DNA of 29,397 nt from a virus (IMGVR_UViG_3300035498_002028), one strand, 5' to 3'. Positions 20,444 to 28,880 are shown, numbered from the stretch's first letter. The notes: generated by a model from the letters alone, not told the origin. Made by a program: numbers and translations.

Positions 20444-20920
20444 ATGGATAAGAGTGATGTTATTAAATACTTATCTTCAATTCAAGTCGGAACACTTATT
20501 GCATGGATTCTTGTTATCGGAACAATTATTGGAGTTATCGTGTTTGGACTTAAAAAACTTTATAAGATATTTGAAGCATCACGCACTGTAAAAGATGAAA
20601 GTGACGCTTTGAAGAAAATGGTGCAGAACCATGAAGCGCAATTAAAACAAATTAGCGAACAGCTAACTAATATTCAGAAATCTTTGGATGAGCAAGATAA
20701 TGTCGAATTGAAGCGAATGAGACATGATATCGTGCAAGCCGGAGAATCTGCAATATCTAACAAATCAATTACAATTAGACAGCTCAGAGCTTTGGAAGAA
20801 TTATATGAGGTATATCATGACGAACGCCACGGTAACGGATATGTTTCTACACTCATGAAGAAAGTGAGATGTTTACCTGTGGATGGCAAATTGAATGATA
20901 ACGATGAAGATATTGAGTAA
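20444..20920 (+). CDS. Membrane-anchored coiled-coil protein (lysis-cassette associated)
   Basis: One N-terminal TM, a coiled coil and a LYEVYH..HGNG motif; AGGAGG RBS. Confidence 0.6.
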   Translation: MDKSDVIKYLSSIQVGTLIAWILVIGTIIGVIVFGLKKLYKIFEASRTVKDESDALKKMVQNHEAQLKQISEQLTNIQKSLDEQDNVELKRMRHDIVQAGESAISNKSITIRQLRALEELYEVYHDERHGNGYVSTLMKKVRCLPVDGKLNDNDEDIE

Positions 20921-20965
20921 TGTAATTGATAAAACACGATTTTTATTTATATAAGGTGGTGATTT

Positions 20966-22450
20966 TTGATGCAAGATATTTCGGTTTATGACCTAAATGG
21001 AAATACACTTTCAAACCTTGTGCAATTTGATAAAGATGTATACATCTATATTAACGATTCGAGAATCACAGCTGCGTATCAAGTACAGTTTTTTAATTCA
21101 GCATCAGAAGTAGCATATGTAGTTAATTCAACTTATGATAACGGTATTCTTTGCGTAAAGATACCAAACGATTTGCTTGTTGAGCCATATGCTATAACAG
21201 GCTATGTACAAATTGTGGCATCAGATGGCACTAAATGTTTATATGGCTTTAAAATTGCCGTTAGAAAGAAACCCAAACCAAGTGATTGGGTTTATATAGA
21301 TAGCCATGATTATATTACATTTGAGGAAGTTATAGAGGAATGTAGAACATATGCTGAGAACGCAAATATAGATGCAAACAACGCAAGTGAATCTGAAAGC
21401 AATGCATCAAAATCCGCTGAAAACGCCAAAAACTCCGAAGATGCAGCTGCCAACTCTGCCGCTGCCGCTTTAGCTTCTGAACAGAATTCAAAATCAAGTG
21501 AGCAAGCTGCTAATTCATCAGAAACAAATGCAAAACACTCAGAGCAAGAAAGTGCTTCAAGTGCATCGTTAAGCAAAGATTATTCAGATGCAGCAAGGGA
21601 TTCTGAAACTAATGCAAAGACAAGTGAGGAAAACGCCAAAAACTCCGAAGATGCAGCTGCCAACTCTGCCGCTGCCGCACTGAGTTCTGAAAATGAATCT
21701 AAATCAAGTGAACAAGCCGCAGGTCTATCAGAAAAAAATGCAAAGACTTCCGAATCTAATGCCAAGGATTCTGAGGACAAAGCAAAGCAGTATATGACTA
21801 CTATTTTAGAGACTGAACTTTCTTCTCTTGATAATGCACAAAAAGCTGAATCATACGCAGTTGGTACGGGTAATTCATATCGAGATAATGATTCTGTTGA
21901 CAATGCTAAATATTATTACGAACAATCAAAATCTATTTCACAAGGTCTTTCGGGCGCATTACTTCCAATGGGGACAATTGCATATGAACAATTGGCTACC
22001 CAAGAAAAACAACCTGGATATATGTTCAATATTAGCAATGAATTTACAACAGATTCAACATTCAAAGAAGGAGCTGGCGTGGTTTGTCCAGCAGGTACTA
22101 ATGTATATTATACCTATGATGGATATTGGGATTGTCTTGCCGGAAGTTTGGTTGTTGGTATTAAAGGTGAAAAGGAAACAACATATCGTAATGGAAATGT
22201 AAATATTACATGCTCTGATATTGGAGCAACAACATATGAAGATGGTGAAGCAATCAAAACTGATATTAAAAATATCAATTCTGATTTATCGGATATCATA
22301 TCACGTATTGATGACGTTGAAAAATACGATTCAGACAATACGCAAAAAATAAATGATATTTTAGATTCATTAACTAAAATTACCAATAGAATTTCAGCAA
22401 TTGAGCAGAAACTTGATGAGAATGTAACAGTTCTTCAAATTACACCATAG
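20966..22450 (+). CDS. Fibre/baseplate-like protein with Ala/Ser-rich stalk
   Basis: N-terminal VKIPNDLL...RKKPKPSDW (BppU-like); SE.NA repeats; GIKGEKETTYRNGNVNIT motif; C-terminal coiled coil. Confidence 0.65.
   Translation: MMQDISVYDLNGNTLSNLVQFDKDVYIYINDSRITAAYQVQFFNSASEVAYVVNSTYDNGILCVKIPNDLLVEPYAITGYVQIVASDGTKCLYGFKIAVRKKPKPSDWVYIDSHDYITFEEVIEECRTYAENANIDANNASESESNASKSAENAKNSEDAAANSAAAALASEQNSKSSEQAANSSETNAKHSEQESASSASLSKDYSDAARDSETNAKTSEENAKNSEDAAANSAAAALSSENESKSSEQAAGLSEKNAKTSESNAKDSEDKAKQYMTTILETELSSLDNAQKAESYAVGTGNSYRDNDSVDNAKYYYEQSKSISQGLSGALLPMGTIAYEQLATQEKQPGYMFNISNEFTTDSTFKEGAGVVCPAGTNVYYTYDGYWDCLAGSLVVGIKGEKETTYRNGNVNITCSDIGATTYEDGEAIKTDIKNINSDLSDIISRIDDVEKYDSDNTQKINDILDSLTKITNRISAIEQKLDENVTVLQITP
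21419..21678 (+). repeat. Exact 50-bp direct repeat, 210-nt period
   Basis: GAAAACGCCAAAAACTCCGAAGATGCAGCTGCCAACTCTGCCGCTGCCGC at 21419-21468 and 21629-21678. Confidence 0.92.
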
Positions 22451-22469
22451 AGTGAAAGCGAGGTATTAT

Positions 22470-22763
22470 ATGAGTGCATATGAAATAAATAGAAATAATA
22501 CAACGCGCCATTGTGTGTTTGCTTTAGATGATGAATCAGATTTAGCGATGTTACCAACAAGCAAGAAATCTGGAACAGGGGATTTGAAATTATCAACTCC
22601 ATGCAGACAAGGTTCCGTAGCAAGAACAACGGCGGGTAAGCGTTATGTACTTTCTGGGAAAGATGAATGGGATATTTCATCTTCCGATAACGGTGGAGGT
22701 GGTTCAAACGATGAAGATGTTGAACCGATTTCCACATCTACAATTGAATCATTATTCGAATAA
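22470..22763 (+). CDS. Small virion-associated hypothetical protein
   Basis: ATG 22470 follows GAGGT; DDESDLAMLPT..GS.A motif, a Gly linker and C-terminal EPISTSTIESLFE. Confidence 0.6.
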   Translation: MSAYEINRNNTTRHCVFALDDESDLAMLPTSKKSGTGDLKLSTPCRQGSVARTTAGKRYVLSGKDEWDISSSDNGGGGSNDEDVEPISTSTIESLFE

Positions 22764-22765
22764 CT

Positions 22766-22793
22766 GAGAACATCAATTTTGATGCTCTCTTTT
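22766..22793 (+). terminator. Terminator-like hairpin
   Basis: GAGAaCATCA-attt-TGATGcTCTC followed by TTTT. Confidence 0.45.
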
Positions 22794-22836
22794 ATTATAC
22801 ATATTTTTAAACATTTTTTATAAGGAGGGTCATTAT

Positions 22837-23853
22837 ATGGCTACAGTACAGTATTTGGACATCGCAGGTTTGAAGATTTATGACGGTCTTATCAAGGGCG
22901 TAATTTCAAAGAGCGAAGCAAAAGCATTAAAAACAGTGAAGATTAGTGGTCAGACATTAAACTTCTACAAAGCAGAAACACCAGCTAGTGATGCTACACC
23001 GGATTTCACTATTACACTTCCAAAGCAGGATTTATCTAATCTCCTGGAGAAGATTAACGGTGGTGTTGTAGGTAACGTTGTTACTATCGGCGCTGATGGC
23101 ATTGTAGTAGATTCTGGCATTAAAGCTACAGATATCGCTACATCAACAGACGTTAGCACAGCAAAGAGCGAGGTAGAAGCAGAAATTGGTTCTTTAGAGA
23201 ACTTAACTACAACTGCCAAGGATAATGTTGTAAGTGCGGTAAATGAGGTTAAGGGCGCTGTTGACAATATTAAAACAGATTCAGCCGTAACAATCACAAC
23301 GGATACTACGTCTGAGGGTGCTGCTAAATCTTACACAGTTAAGCAGGGTACTACTCAAATTGCAGTAATCGACATCCCGAAGGATATGGTTGTATCTAGT
23401 GGTACAGTTGAAACTTATACTGCGGACACTCTTCCTACAGGTGAGGGCGCTCCGACAACTCCGGGTACTTACATCGTATTAACAATCGCAAATAAAGAAG
23501 CAAGCAAGTTATATATTCCGGCTGATAAGCTCGTTGATATTTATACCGCTGAGAAGAACGCAGCTCAGATTCAGCTCTCAATTTCTGCTGATAATGTAAT
23601 CTCAGCTCTCATTGTTGCTGGTTCTGTTGGCACAGCTGAGATTGCTGATTCCGCAATTACTACGGCTAAGATTGCCGACAAGAACGTTACCCTTGCTAAA
23701 TTGAGCGATACAGTACAGACATCACTTGGTCTTGCTGATTCAGCTGTACAGGAAAGCGATATTACAGAGCTTAGAGCTACTGCCGCTTCTGCTGTTCAGC
23801 CAGGGGATATTGAAGTTATTCCGGAAGATGATATTACAGGTCTTTTCGAGTAA
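22837..23853 (+). CDS. Head/tail fibre-like structural protein
   Basis: AGGAGG RBS; YLDIAGLKIY, LTTTAKDNVVSAVNE, IDIPKDMVV and AITTAKIAD motifs typical of phage fibres. Confidence 0.65.
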   Translation: MATVQYLDIAGLKIYDGLIKGVISKSEAKALKTVKISGQTLNFYKAETPASDATPDFTITLPKQDLSNLLEKINGGVVGNVVTIGADGIVVDSGIKATDIATSTDVSTAKSEVEAEIGSLENLTTTAKDNVVSAVNEVKGAVDNIKTDSAVTITTDTTSEGAAKSYTVKQGTTQIAVIDIPKDMVVSSGTVETYTADTLPTGEGAPTTPGTYIVLTIANKEASKLYIPADKLVDIYTAEKNAAQIQLSISADNVISALIVAGSVGTAEIADSAITTAKIADKNVTLAKLSDTVQTSLGLADSAVQESDITELRATAASAVQPGDIEVIPEDDITGLFE

Positions 23854-23899
23854 TTCAGAGCAACTATTGTCACACAATAATCAGCATTAAATGAGGTAT

Positions 23900-24160
23900 T
23901 AAGCATGGCTTTTTTAGATTTTGATGGATTAAAGCAATTTACCAGTGAACTCAAAAAATACATGTCTGAACACCTTTCTATTTGGGAAGTAGATGATAGT
24001 CTTTCGACTTCATCTACTAACCCAGTTGAAAACCAAGTTATTACCAGAAAAATCGAATCATTAAAAGATAGAGTTGAAAGATATGAACAAATAATCTTCC
24101 CAAGTGAAGAATAATAAGCGAGGTATAAGCATGGCTTTTTTAGATTTTGATGGATTAAAG
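23900..24160 (+). repeat. Tandem gene duplication with identical 35-bp starts
   Basis: TAAGCATGGCTTTTTTAGATTTTGATGGATTAAAG at 23900-23934 and 24126-24160; similarity continues downstream. Confidence 0.9.
23905..24114 (+). CDS. Short fibre-module protein, paralog 1
   Basis: MAFLDFDGLK...DDSLSTSSTNPVENQVIT; GAGGT RBS. Confidence 0.65.
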   Translation: MAFLDFDGLKQFTSELKKYMSEHLSIWEVDDSLSTSSTNPVENQVITRKIESLKDRVERYEQIIFPSEE

Positions 24161-24427
24161 ATATACACACAAGAAATTATAAAGTACATGTCTGAACACT
24201 TTCCCAAAGGAATTGTCGATAGTAGTCTTTCGACCGTTTCCACTAATCCTGTAGAAAACCAGGTTATTACTAATGAGCTTTTAATTCTTGAGAATAAGAT
24301 GGATAAGTTTGAAGATTACCTAATTAACGGAGAAGTAACGCAGTTCTTAACAACAGACGATAACGTTCAACTCGTGACCGATGATGGAAATAATCTTTTG
24401 GTTTGGTGGAAGGTTAATATGACATAA
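24131..24427 (+). CDS. Short fibre-module protein, paralog 2
   Basis: ATG 24131 follows GAGGT; MAFLDFDGLK...DSSLSTVSTNPVENQVIT...LTTDDNVQLVTDDG. Confidence 0.65.
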   Translation: MAFLDFDGLKIYTQEIIKYMSEHFPKGIVDSSLSTVSTNPVENQVITNELLILENKMDKFEDYLINGEVTQFLTTDDNVQLVTDDGNNLLVWWKVNMT

Positions 24428-24443
24428 TGGAGGATAATAATTT

Positions 24444-26777
24444 ATGAGTGATTCAAAGAAAATTACTGATTTATCACAAGTAGAATCTGCTAGTGATTCT
24501 GACTTGTTACTGTTAGATACAGCAAAGGGTACAAAATCCATTACTGCATCTACATTACTAGCAAAACATGGAGATGTCTCTGTCAGCAGCGAAGATGGTG
24601 CTCATGGTATTAGATACTATAATAATGAGCTTGCATATAATGACGGAGAAAATTGGAACAAAATTAAAACAGGCGGTTCTGCCGTAATACCAGGGGACGT
24701 GACCAACATTACAGCAAAGCCATCAAATAAGAAAATCATTTTGACATGGACAGACCCAGAGGATGTAATAATTTCTGGCGCATATTTATGTCGTTGGGCT
24801 GGAACAAAAGTTGTTTATAAGGAAGGCTCATATCCAACTTCCCCGGATGACGGAACACTTGTTATTGATAGTCAAGTACGAAATCAATACGCTTCGGAAG
24901 GTCTTGAAATTACAGGATTGACAAATGGCGTTGTATATTATATTGCTTTATTCCCATATAGTACAGATGATGCAGAAAATACAAATGAAACAAATAGAAC
25001 TTCTGCTACACCTGCGGCAATACAGTTAGATAATTGTACTTCTGTTTCTGCCACAAAAACAAATAACTCTGTAACAATTACATGGACTGACCCAGCGGCA
25101 ACTAAAAATAACGGAGATTATACAGCTTCGTGGGCTAAAACGGTCTTAGTTTATAAGGAAGGCTCATACCCTACAAGCATTAACGATGGAGTGGTTGCGG
25201 TAGAAGAAACTACACATGATAAGTATTCATCTTCTGGATATACTATTTCCGGCTTAAATGAAAAGACAAGATATTACTTCTCACTGTTCCCTGTATCAAC
25301 TGATGATATTGTAACTGTTCCAACGAACGGAAGTGTATCCGTACTGACAGGTGGTTTACTTACCGTAAGTACAAGTGAAGCGTCACTGTTTGGAAAAACT
25401 GTTACAGCAACTTCTTCTGGCGGCGTTTCTTCATCATCAACTTTCGACAATGAGGGACAGGCTACCATTATAACAGCGTGGTTAGGCAAGACAACTGTAT
25501 CCTCAACAGACGGAGATAACACAGCAGAATCAGAGATTGACATTACATCCTATGCTGATAGCGGATTTTCCGTTGAATTGGCATTTTACGAATTATATGG
25601 CTTTAAAATTGAAAAATCAAATTCCAACCCGGCAAATAGAGTTACCTATCTTTCAGATTGCAAAAATGCATCCTACTCTTCTGCCTATATGGATTATACT
25701 ACTGGAAAGTTTAATTACGGTTCATGGGCTGACGCTTTCTTTATCAAGAATTTAAAACCATGTATGCTTAAATACAATGGTACGGTCGATTACGAATTAA
25801 ATCCAGATGATTATTCAAAGAAAAAGACTGGCGGCTCTTCGGATATCTCAAATACTTCATATGAAGGAAATGCAATGGTTGGTTTCCCTACTATTTGGTT
25901 TAAAACTTATGAATCTGATGGATATCAGTATTGCTATATTTGTTCTAAGCAGCTTGATAGTTCATATAAAGCATATGCTCATATGGATAGTGCCGGAAAC
26001 ATTATGCCGTTTACATATCTTCCAATCTACAACGGTTCCCTTATTTCAAGCAAGGTTCGTTCCTTGAGCGGACAAACTATCATGAATACACAAACCGGAA
26101 CAAATGAGATTACTTATGCAAAAGCAAATAATCTTAGTGGTTCTACTATTTGGTATACCGAGCTTCTTTGTGACAGAATTATGGTCAATCATCTTCTTAC
26201 ACTTATCGGTAAGTCAACAAATACACAGACTGTATTCGGTAATGGATATTATACAGGTGGTTCATCTGCTAGTAACTTATTACAGAGCGGAACAATGGAT
26301 GCTAAAGGTCTGTTTTATGGAACTAATGGAACAGGTGTCGGCGTTAAGGTATTTGGTATTGAAAACTGGTGGGGCAATCAGTGGCGAAGAATTGGTGGTT
26401 GGATTAACTCAAATGGTACGCAGAAAGTAAAATTAACTTACGGTACGCAAGATGGTTCAACTACTACAGGATACAACACGGATGGCACTGGATATATTTC
26501 ACTTGGCTTAACACCTGGCGGCACATCTGGAGGTTACATTTCAGCTTCTACAATGAATGCATATGGATTATTCCCTCAAACTGCTAGTGGGTCAGATTCT
26601 ACATATGAATGTGATGGTCTATGGTTCAGCAATTCTCAAGTAGATTATGCGTGTGGCGGTGGCTGTTGCGGCGATGACTTGCGTGTTGGGGCTTTCTGCT
26701 CGAGTCTGAACGTTGCGGTTTCGCATTCGGGCTGGAGCTTTGGCGCGTCTTTGTCTTGCAAACCTCTCTCAGCATAG
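24444..26777 (+). CDS. DGR target protein; probable receptor-binding/adhesin fibre with two FN3-like domains and a C-terminal C-type-lectin-like variable domain
   Basis: Two copies of TWTDP..W..T..VYKEGSYPTS..DG...GL....YY..LFP.STD; GIENWWGNQW motif; C-terminal GG...GAF......GASL matches the TR. Confidence 0.85.
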   Translation: MSDSKKITDLSQVESASDSDLLLLDTAKGTKSITASTLLAKHGDVSVSSEDGAHGIRYYNNELAYNDGENWNKIKTGGSAVIPGDVTNITAKPSNKKIILTWTDPEDVIISGAYLCRWAGTKVVYKEGSYPTSPDDGTLVIDSQVRNQYASEGLEITGLTNGVVYYIALFPYSTDDAENTNETNRTSATPAAIQLDNCTSVSATKTNNSVTITWTDPAATKNNGDYTASWAKTVLVYKEGSYPTSINDGVVAVEETTHDKYSSSGYTISGLNEKTRYYFSLFPVSTDDIVTVPTNGSVSVLTGGLLTVSTSEASLFGKTVTATSSGGVSSSSTFDNEGQATIITAWLGKTTVSSTDGDNTAESEIDITSYADSGFSVELAFYELYGFKIEKSNSNPANRVTYLSDCKNASYSSAYMDYTTGKFNYGSWADAFFIKNLKPCMLKYNGTVDYELNPDDYSKKKTGGSSDISNTSYEGNAMVGFPTIWFKTYESDGYQYCYICSKQLDSSYKAYAHMDSAGNIMPFTYLPIYNGSLISSKVRSLSGQTIMNTQTGTNEITYAKANNLSGSTIWYTELLCDRIMVNHLLTLIGKSTNTQTVFGNGYYTGGSSASNLLQSGTMDAKGLFYGTNGTGVGVKVFGIENWWGNQWRRIGGWINSNGTQKVKLTYGTQDGSTTTGYNTDGTGYISLGLTPGGTSGGYISASTMNAYGLFPQTASGSDSTYECDGLWFSNSQVDYACGGGCCGDDLRVGAFCSSLNVAVSHSGWSFGASLSCKPLSA
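26648..26757 (+). repeat. DGR variable region (VR)
   Basis: 110-nt ungapped match to 26881-26990 with 20 mismatches, 18 of them opposite TR adenines. Confidence 0.95.
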
Positions 26778-26809
26778 GAAGAGGGAATTGCGGAATGAAA
26801 TGTAGCAAG

Positions 26810-26829
26810 GGGGAAACATTCGTTTCCCC
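26810..26829 (+). promoter_or_regulatory. DGR target-recognition hairpin/cruciform (possibly also a terminator)
   Basis: GGGGAAAC-attc-GTTTCCCC: 8-bp stem and 4-nt loop just downstream of the VR, as in characterised DGRs. Confidence 0.7.
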
Positions 26830-26880
26830 TATTTTAAGTTGTTAAAAAATTTATTTTAAATAAGGGATTGTGGTAACGAC

Positions 26881-26990
26881 TGCGTATGTCGGTGGCAATT
26901 GCAACAATGACTTGCATGTTGGGGCTTTCTACTCGAATCTGAACAATGCGGTTTCTAATTCGAACTGGAACATTGGCGCGTCTTAATCTT
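26881..26990 (+). ncRNA. DGR template region (TR)
   Basis: Non-coding copy of the VR with nine AAY codons in the VR frame; located upstream of the RT. Confidence 0.95.
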
Positions 26991-27115
26991 ATCTAATCTT
27001 GGGATAAAAAACTAAATGTTGCCACAATTCCTCTCCCCTTGGAGAAAATTAACTCGTTGAGAGATGCTGTTAGTAACTATTTTATAGAGAAAGTGGTACA
27101 GAGGATAAGACAAAA

Positions 27116-28246
27116 TTGAAAACTTACAAGAATTTATACGAAAAATTTATATCAGAAGAAAATATCCGGCTCTCAATCATAAATGCTAGTAAGCATAAAA
27201 GAAAAAGAAAAGATGTAAAAAGAGCTTTAAATAATCCAAATTATGAAAAGATAATTGAAGAATACGCTGCAAATTACAAAAATCGAAAACATACACCTAA
27301 AGAAATCTATGATGGTATTTCAAGAAAAAGAAGGACGATAATTGTACCATCCTTTGAAGAGCAAGTAGTTCATCATATGGTGGTCAATGTTATGCAGCCG
27401 ATGTTCAGAAAAGGAATGTATGAACATACCTACGCTTCTATTCCACAAAGAGGCGGTCATAAAGGTAAGAAATATATTGAACGGTGGATTTCAAATGGTG
27501 GTAAAGATATAAAATATTGTTTCAAAATGGACATTAGAAAATTTTTCGATAGCATATCACACGATATACTAAAAGAAAAATTGAGACGGAAAATTAAAGA
27601 TGAACGTTTTTTGAAAATCCTTTTTGAAATAATAGATGTCACTGAATCCGGCATACCTTTAGGCTTTTATACTTCTCAATGGCTCGCCAATTGGTTCTTA
27701 CAAGATTTAGACCATTATATCAAAGAAGAACTTGGTGCTAAATATTATATGCGCTATATGGACGATATGGTTATATTTGCTTCAAACAAGAAGAAATTGC
27801 ATCAAATGAAAGACGCGATAGAATGTTATCTTAAAACTGAATTAGGTCTGGAAATAAAACAAAATTGGCAAGTGTTTAGATTTCATTATATAGATAGAAA
27901 GACTGGTGAAGAAAAAGGCAGATTTTTAGATTTTATGGGATTTAGGTTTTATAGAAACCGGACTACATTGAGAAGGAGCATATACTTCAAAGCCTGTAGA
28001 AAAGCAAATAAAATGAGTAAAAAGGATAAGGTGACAATCCATGATTGCAAACAGATGCTATCCTATCTAGGATGGATAAAATCAACTGATACATATTCAG
28101 CATATGAAAAGTATATAAAACCAAAAGTTGATTTTGGTAAATTAAAGAAACGCATTTCTAATTATGATAGGAGGAACAATAATGTCAAATTTAATATGGA
28201 AAAAGAGCGAGAGCACAGTGTACCCACAGACTGTTGTTGCATATAA
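27116..28246 (+). CDS. DGR reverse transcriptase
   Basis: KMDIRKFFDSI, GIPLGFYTSQWLAN, YMRYMDDMVIF and LDFMGF motifs; 376 aa; TTG start; adjacent to the TR. Confidence 0.95.
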   Translation: MKTYKNLYEKFISEENIRLSIINASKHKRKRKDVKRALNNPNYEKIIEEYAANYKNRKHTPKEIYDGISRKRRTIIVPSFEEQVVHHMVVNVMQPMFRKGMYEHTYASIPQRGGHKGKKYIERWISNGGKDIKYCFKMDIRKFFDSISHDILKEKLRRKIKDERFLKILFEIIDVTESGIPLGFYTSQWLANWFLQDLDHYIKEELGAKYYMRYMDDMVIFASNKKKLHQMKDAIECYLKTELGLEIKQNWQVFRFHYIDRKTGEEKGRFLDFMGFRFYRNRTTLRRSIYFKACRKANKMSKKDKVTIHDCKQMLSYLGWIKSTDTYSAYEKYIKPKVDFGKLKKRISNYDRRNNNVKFNMEKEREHSVPTDCCCI

Positions 28247-28493
28247 CGATTATGCTTACATTCGTAAAAATGTGGTGGTCGAAGAAAGAAAGTATGAAAA
28301 TAGCGACGATGTTGTTAATTTCTATGTGTACGATGAGTGTCTTACAACGCCTAATGCAGCAATTGAGTGGTTAAATGAGCAAAATTCTGCGTTAGTTAAA
28401 AAGAGTGCTGAGCTGAGTGATTATATTGATAACATTTTAACCGATGTAATTCCAACAATTGTTGATGAAATTACTAATGTGACGGAGGAATAA
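28182..28493 (+). CDS. Small phage protein, possible fibre-assembly chaperone
   Basis: ATG 28182 follows AGGAGG; beta-rich N-terminus (YIRKNV) and coiled-coil end; overlaps the RT end by 65 nt. Confidence 0.6.
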   Translation: MSNLIWKKSESTVYPQTVVAYNDYAYIRKNVVVEERKYENSDDVVNFYVYDECLTTPNAAIEWLNEQNSALVKKSAELSDYIDNILTDVIPTIVDEITNVTEE

Positions 28494-28496
28494 TTT

Positions 28497-28673
28497 ATGG
28501 AAACATTTATCGCTACAAAAATTGAGGAACAGGCAGATATTAGTCTTGAAAATGGACAAGCAAAATATCGTGCATATTTTATTAAAACCAAAATCTACGT
28601 TAAGAAATATAAAGAATCTGTAGATAAATTGCTCATTGCAGATGGTTATGCAGATGTCATTGTGGAGAAATAA
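28497..28673 (+). CDS. 58-aa phage protein (not in the ORF track)
   Basis: GGAGG RBS; METFIATKIEEQADISLENGQAKYRAYFIKTKIYVKKYKESVDKLLIADGYADVIVEK; fills the gap between neighbouring genes. Confidence 0.7.
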   Translation: METFIATKIEEQADISLENGQAKYRAYFIKTKIYVKKYKESVDKLLIADGYADVIVEK

Positions 28674-28676
28674 CAA

Positions 28677-28877
28677 ATGATAAGATACGAAAATCAATGT
28701 CTTGCATGTGCAGCACCATTATATCCATGCATGGGTTCTTCGTGTCCAAACAGGCATGTAAAAATTTATGAGTGTGATTGTTGTGGTGAGGAACTTGAGC
28801 CAGGAGAATTATTCGAATTTGATGGTGAAGAGTTGTGCATAGACTGCATAAAGGAACGGTTAGATATCGTTGAATAG
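28677..28877 (+). CDS. Small Cys-rich metal-binding protein
   Basis: CLAC..C....C, CDCC and CIDC in 66 aa. Confidence 0.65.
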   Translation: MIRYENQCLACAAPLYPCMGSSCPNRHVKIYECDCCGEELEPGELFEFDGEELCIDCIKERLDIVE

Positions 28878-28880
28878 TAC

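Larger units (their letters stand above)
24444..28246 (+). mobile_element. Diversity-generating retroelement (target-VR-hairpin-TR-RT)
   Basis: All core parts are present and contiguous; no avd-sized ORF lies between them. Confidence 0.93.

Noticed and set aside
21419-24160. CRISPR array from the 50-bp and 35-bp repeats
   Set aside because: Only two copies of each, lying in coding sequence or gene starts, with no spacer pattern.
13779-24427. A second DGR variable region in other tail or fibre genes
   Set aside because: No further match to the TR core (GTTGGGGCTTTCT, GGCGCGTCT) was noticed by eye in this window.
467-25543. Many minus-strand and alternate-frame ORFs overlapping long genes (e.g. 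467-814, 7462-7917, 12943-13473, 21580-21903)
   Set aside because: Shadow ORFs of coding strands with biased codon usage; no recognisable motifs.
27116-28246. Group II intron, retron or Abi-type RT
   Set aside because: The LGxxxSQ motif, its size and the adjacent adenine-specific TR/VR pair identify a DGR RT.
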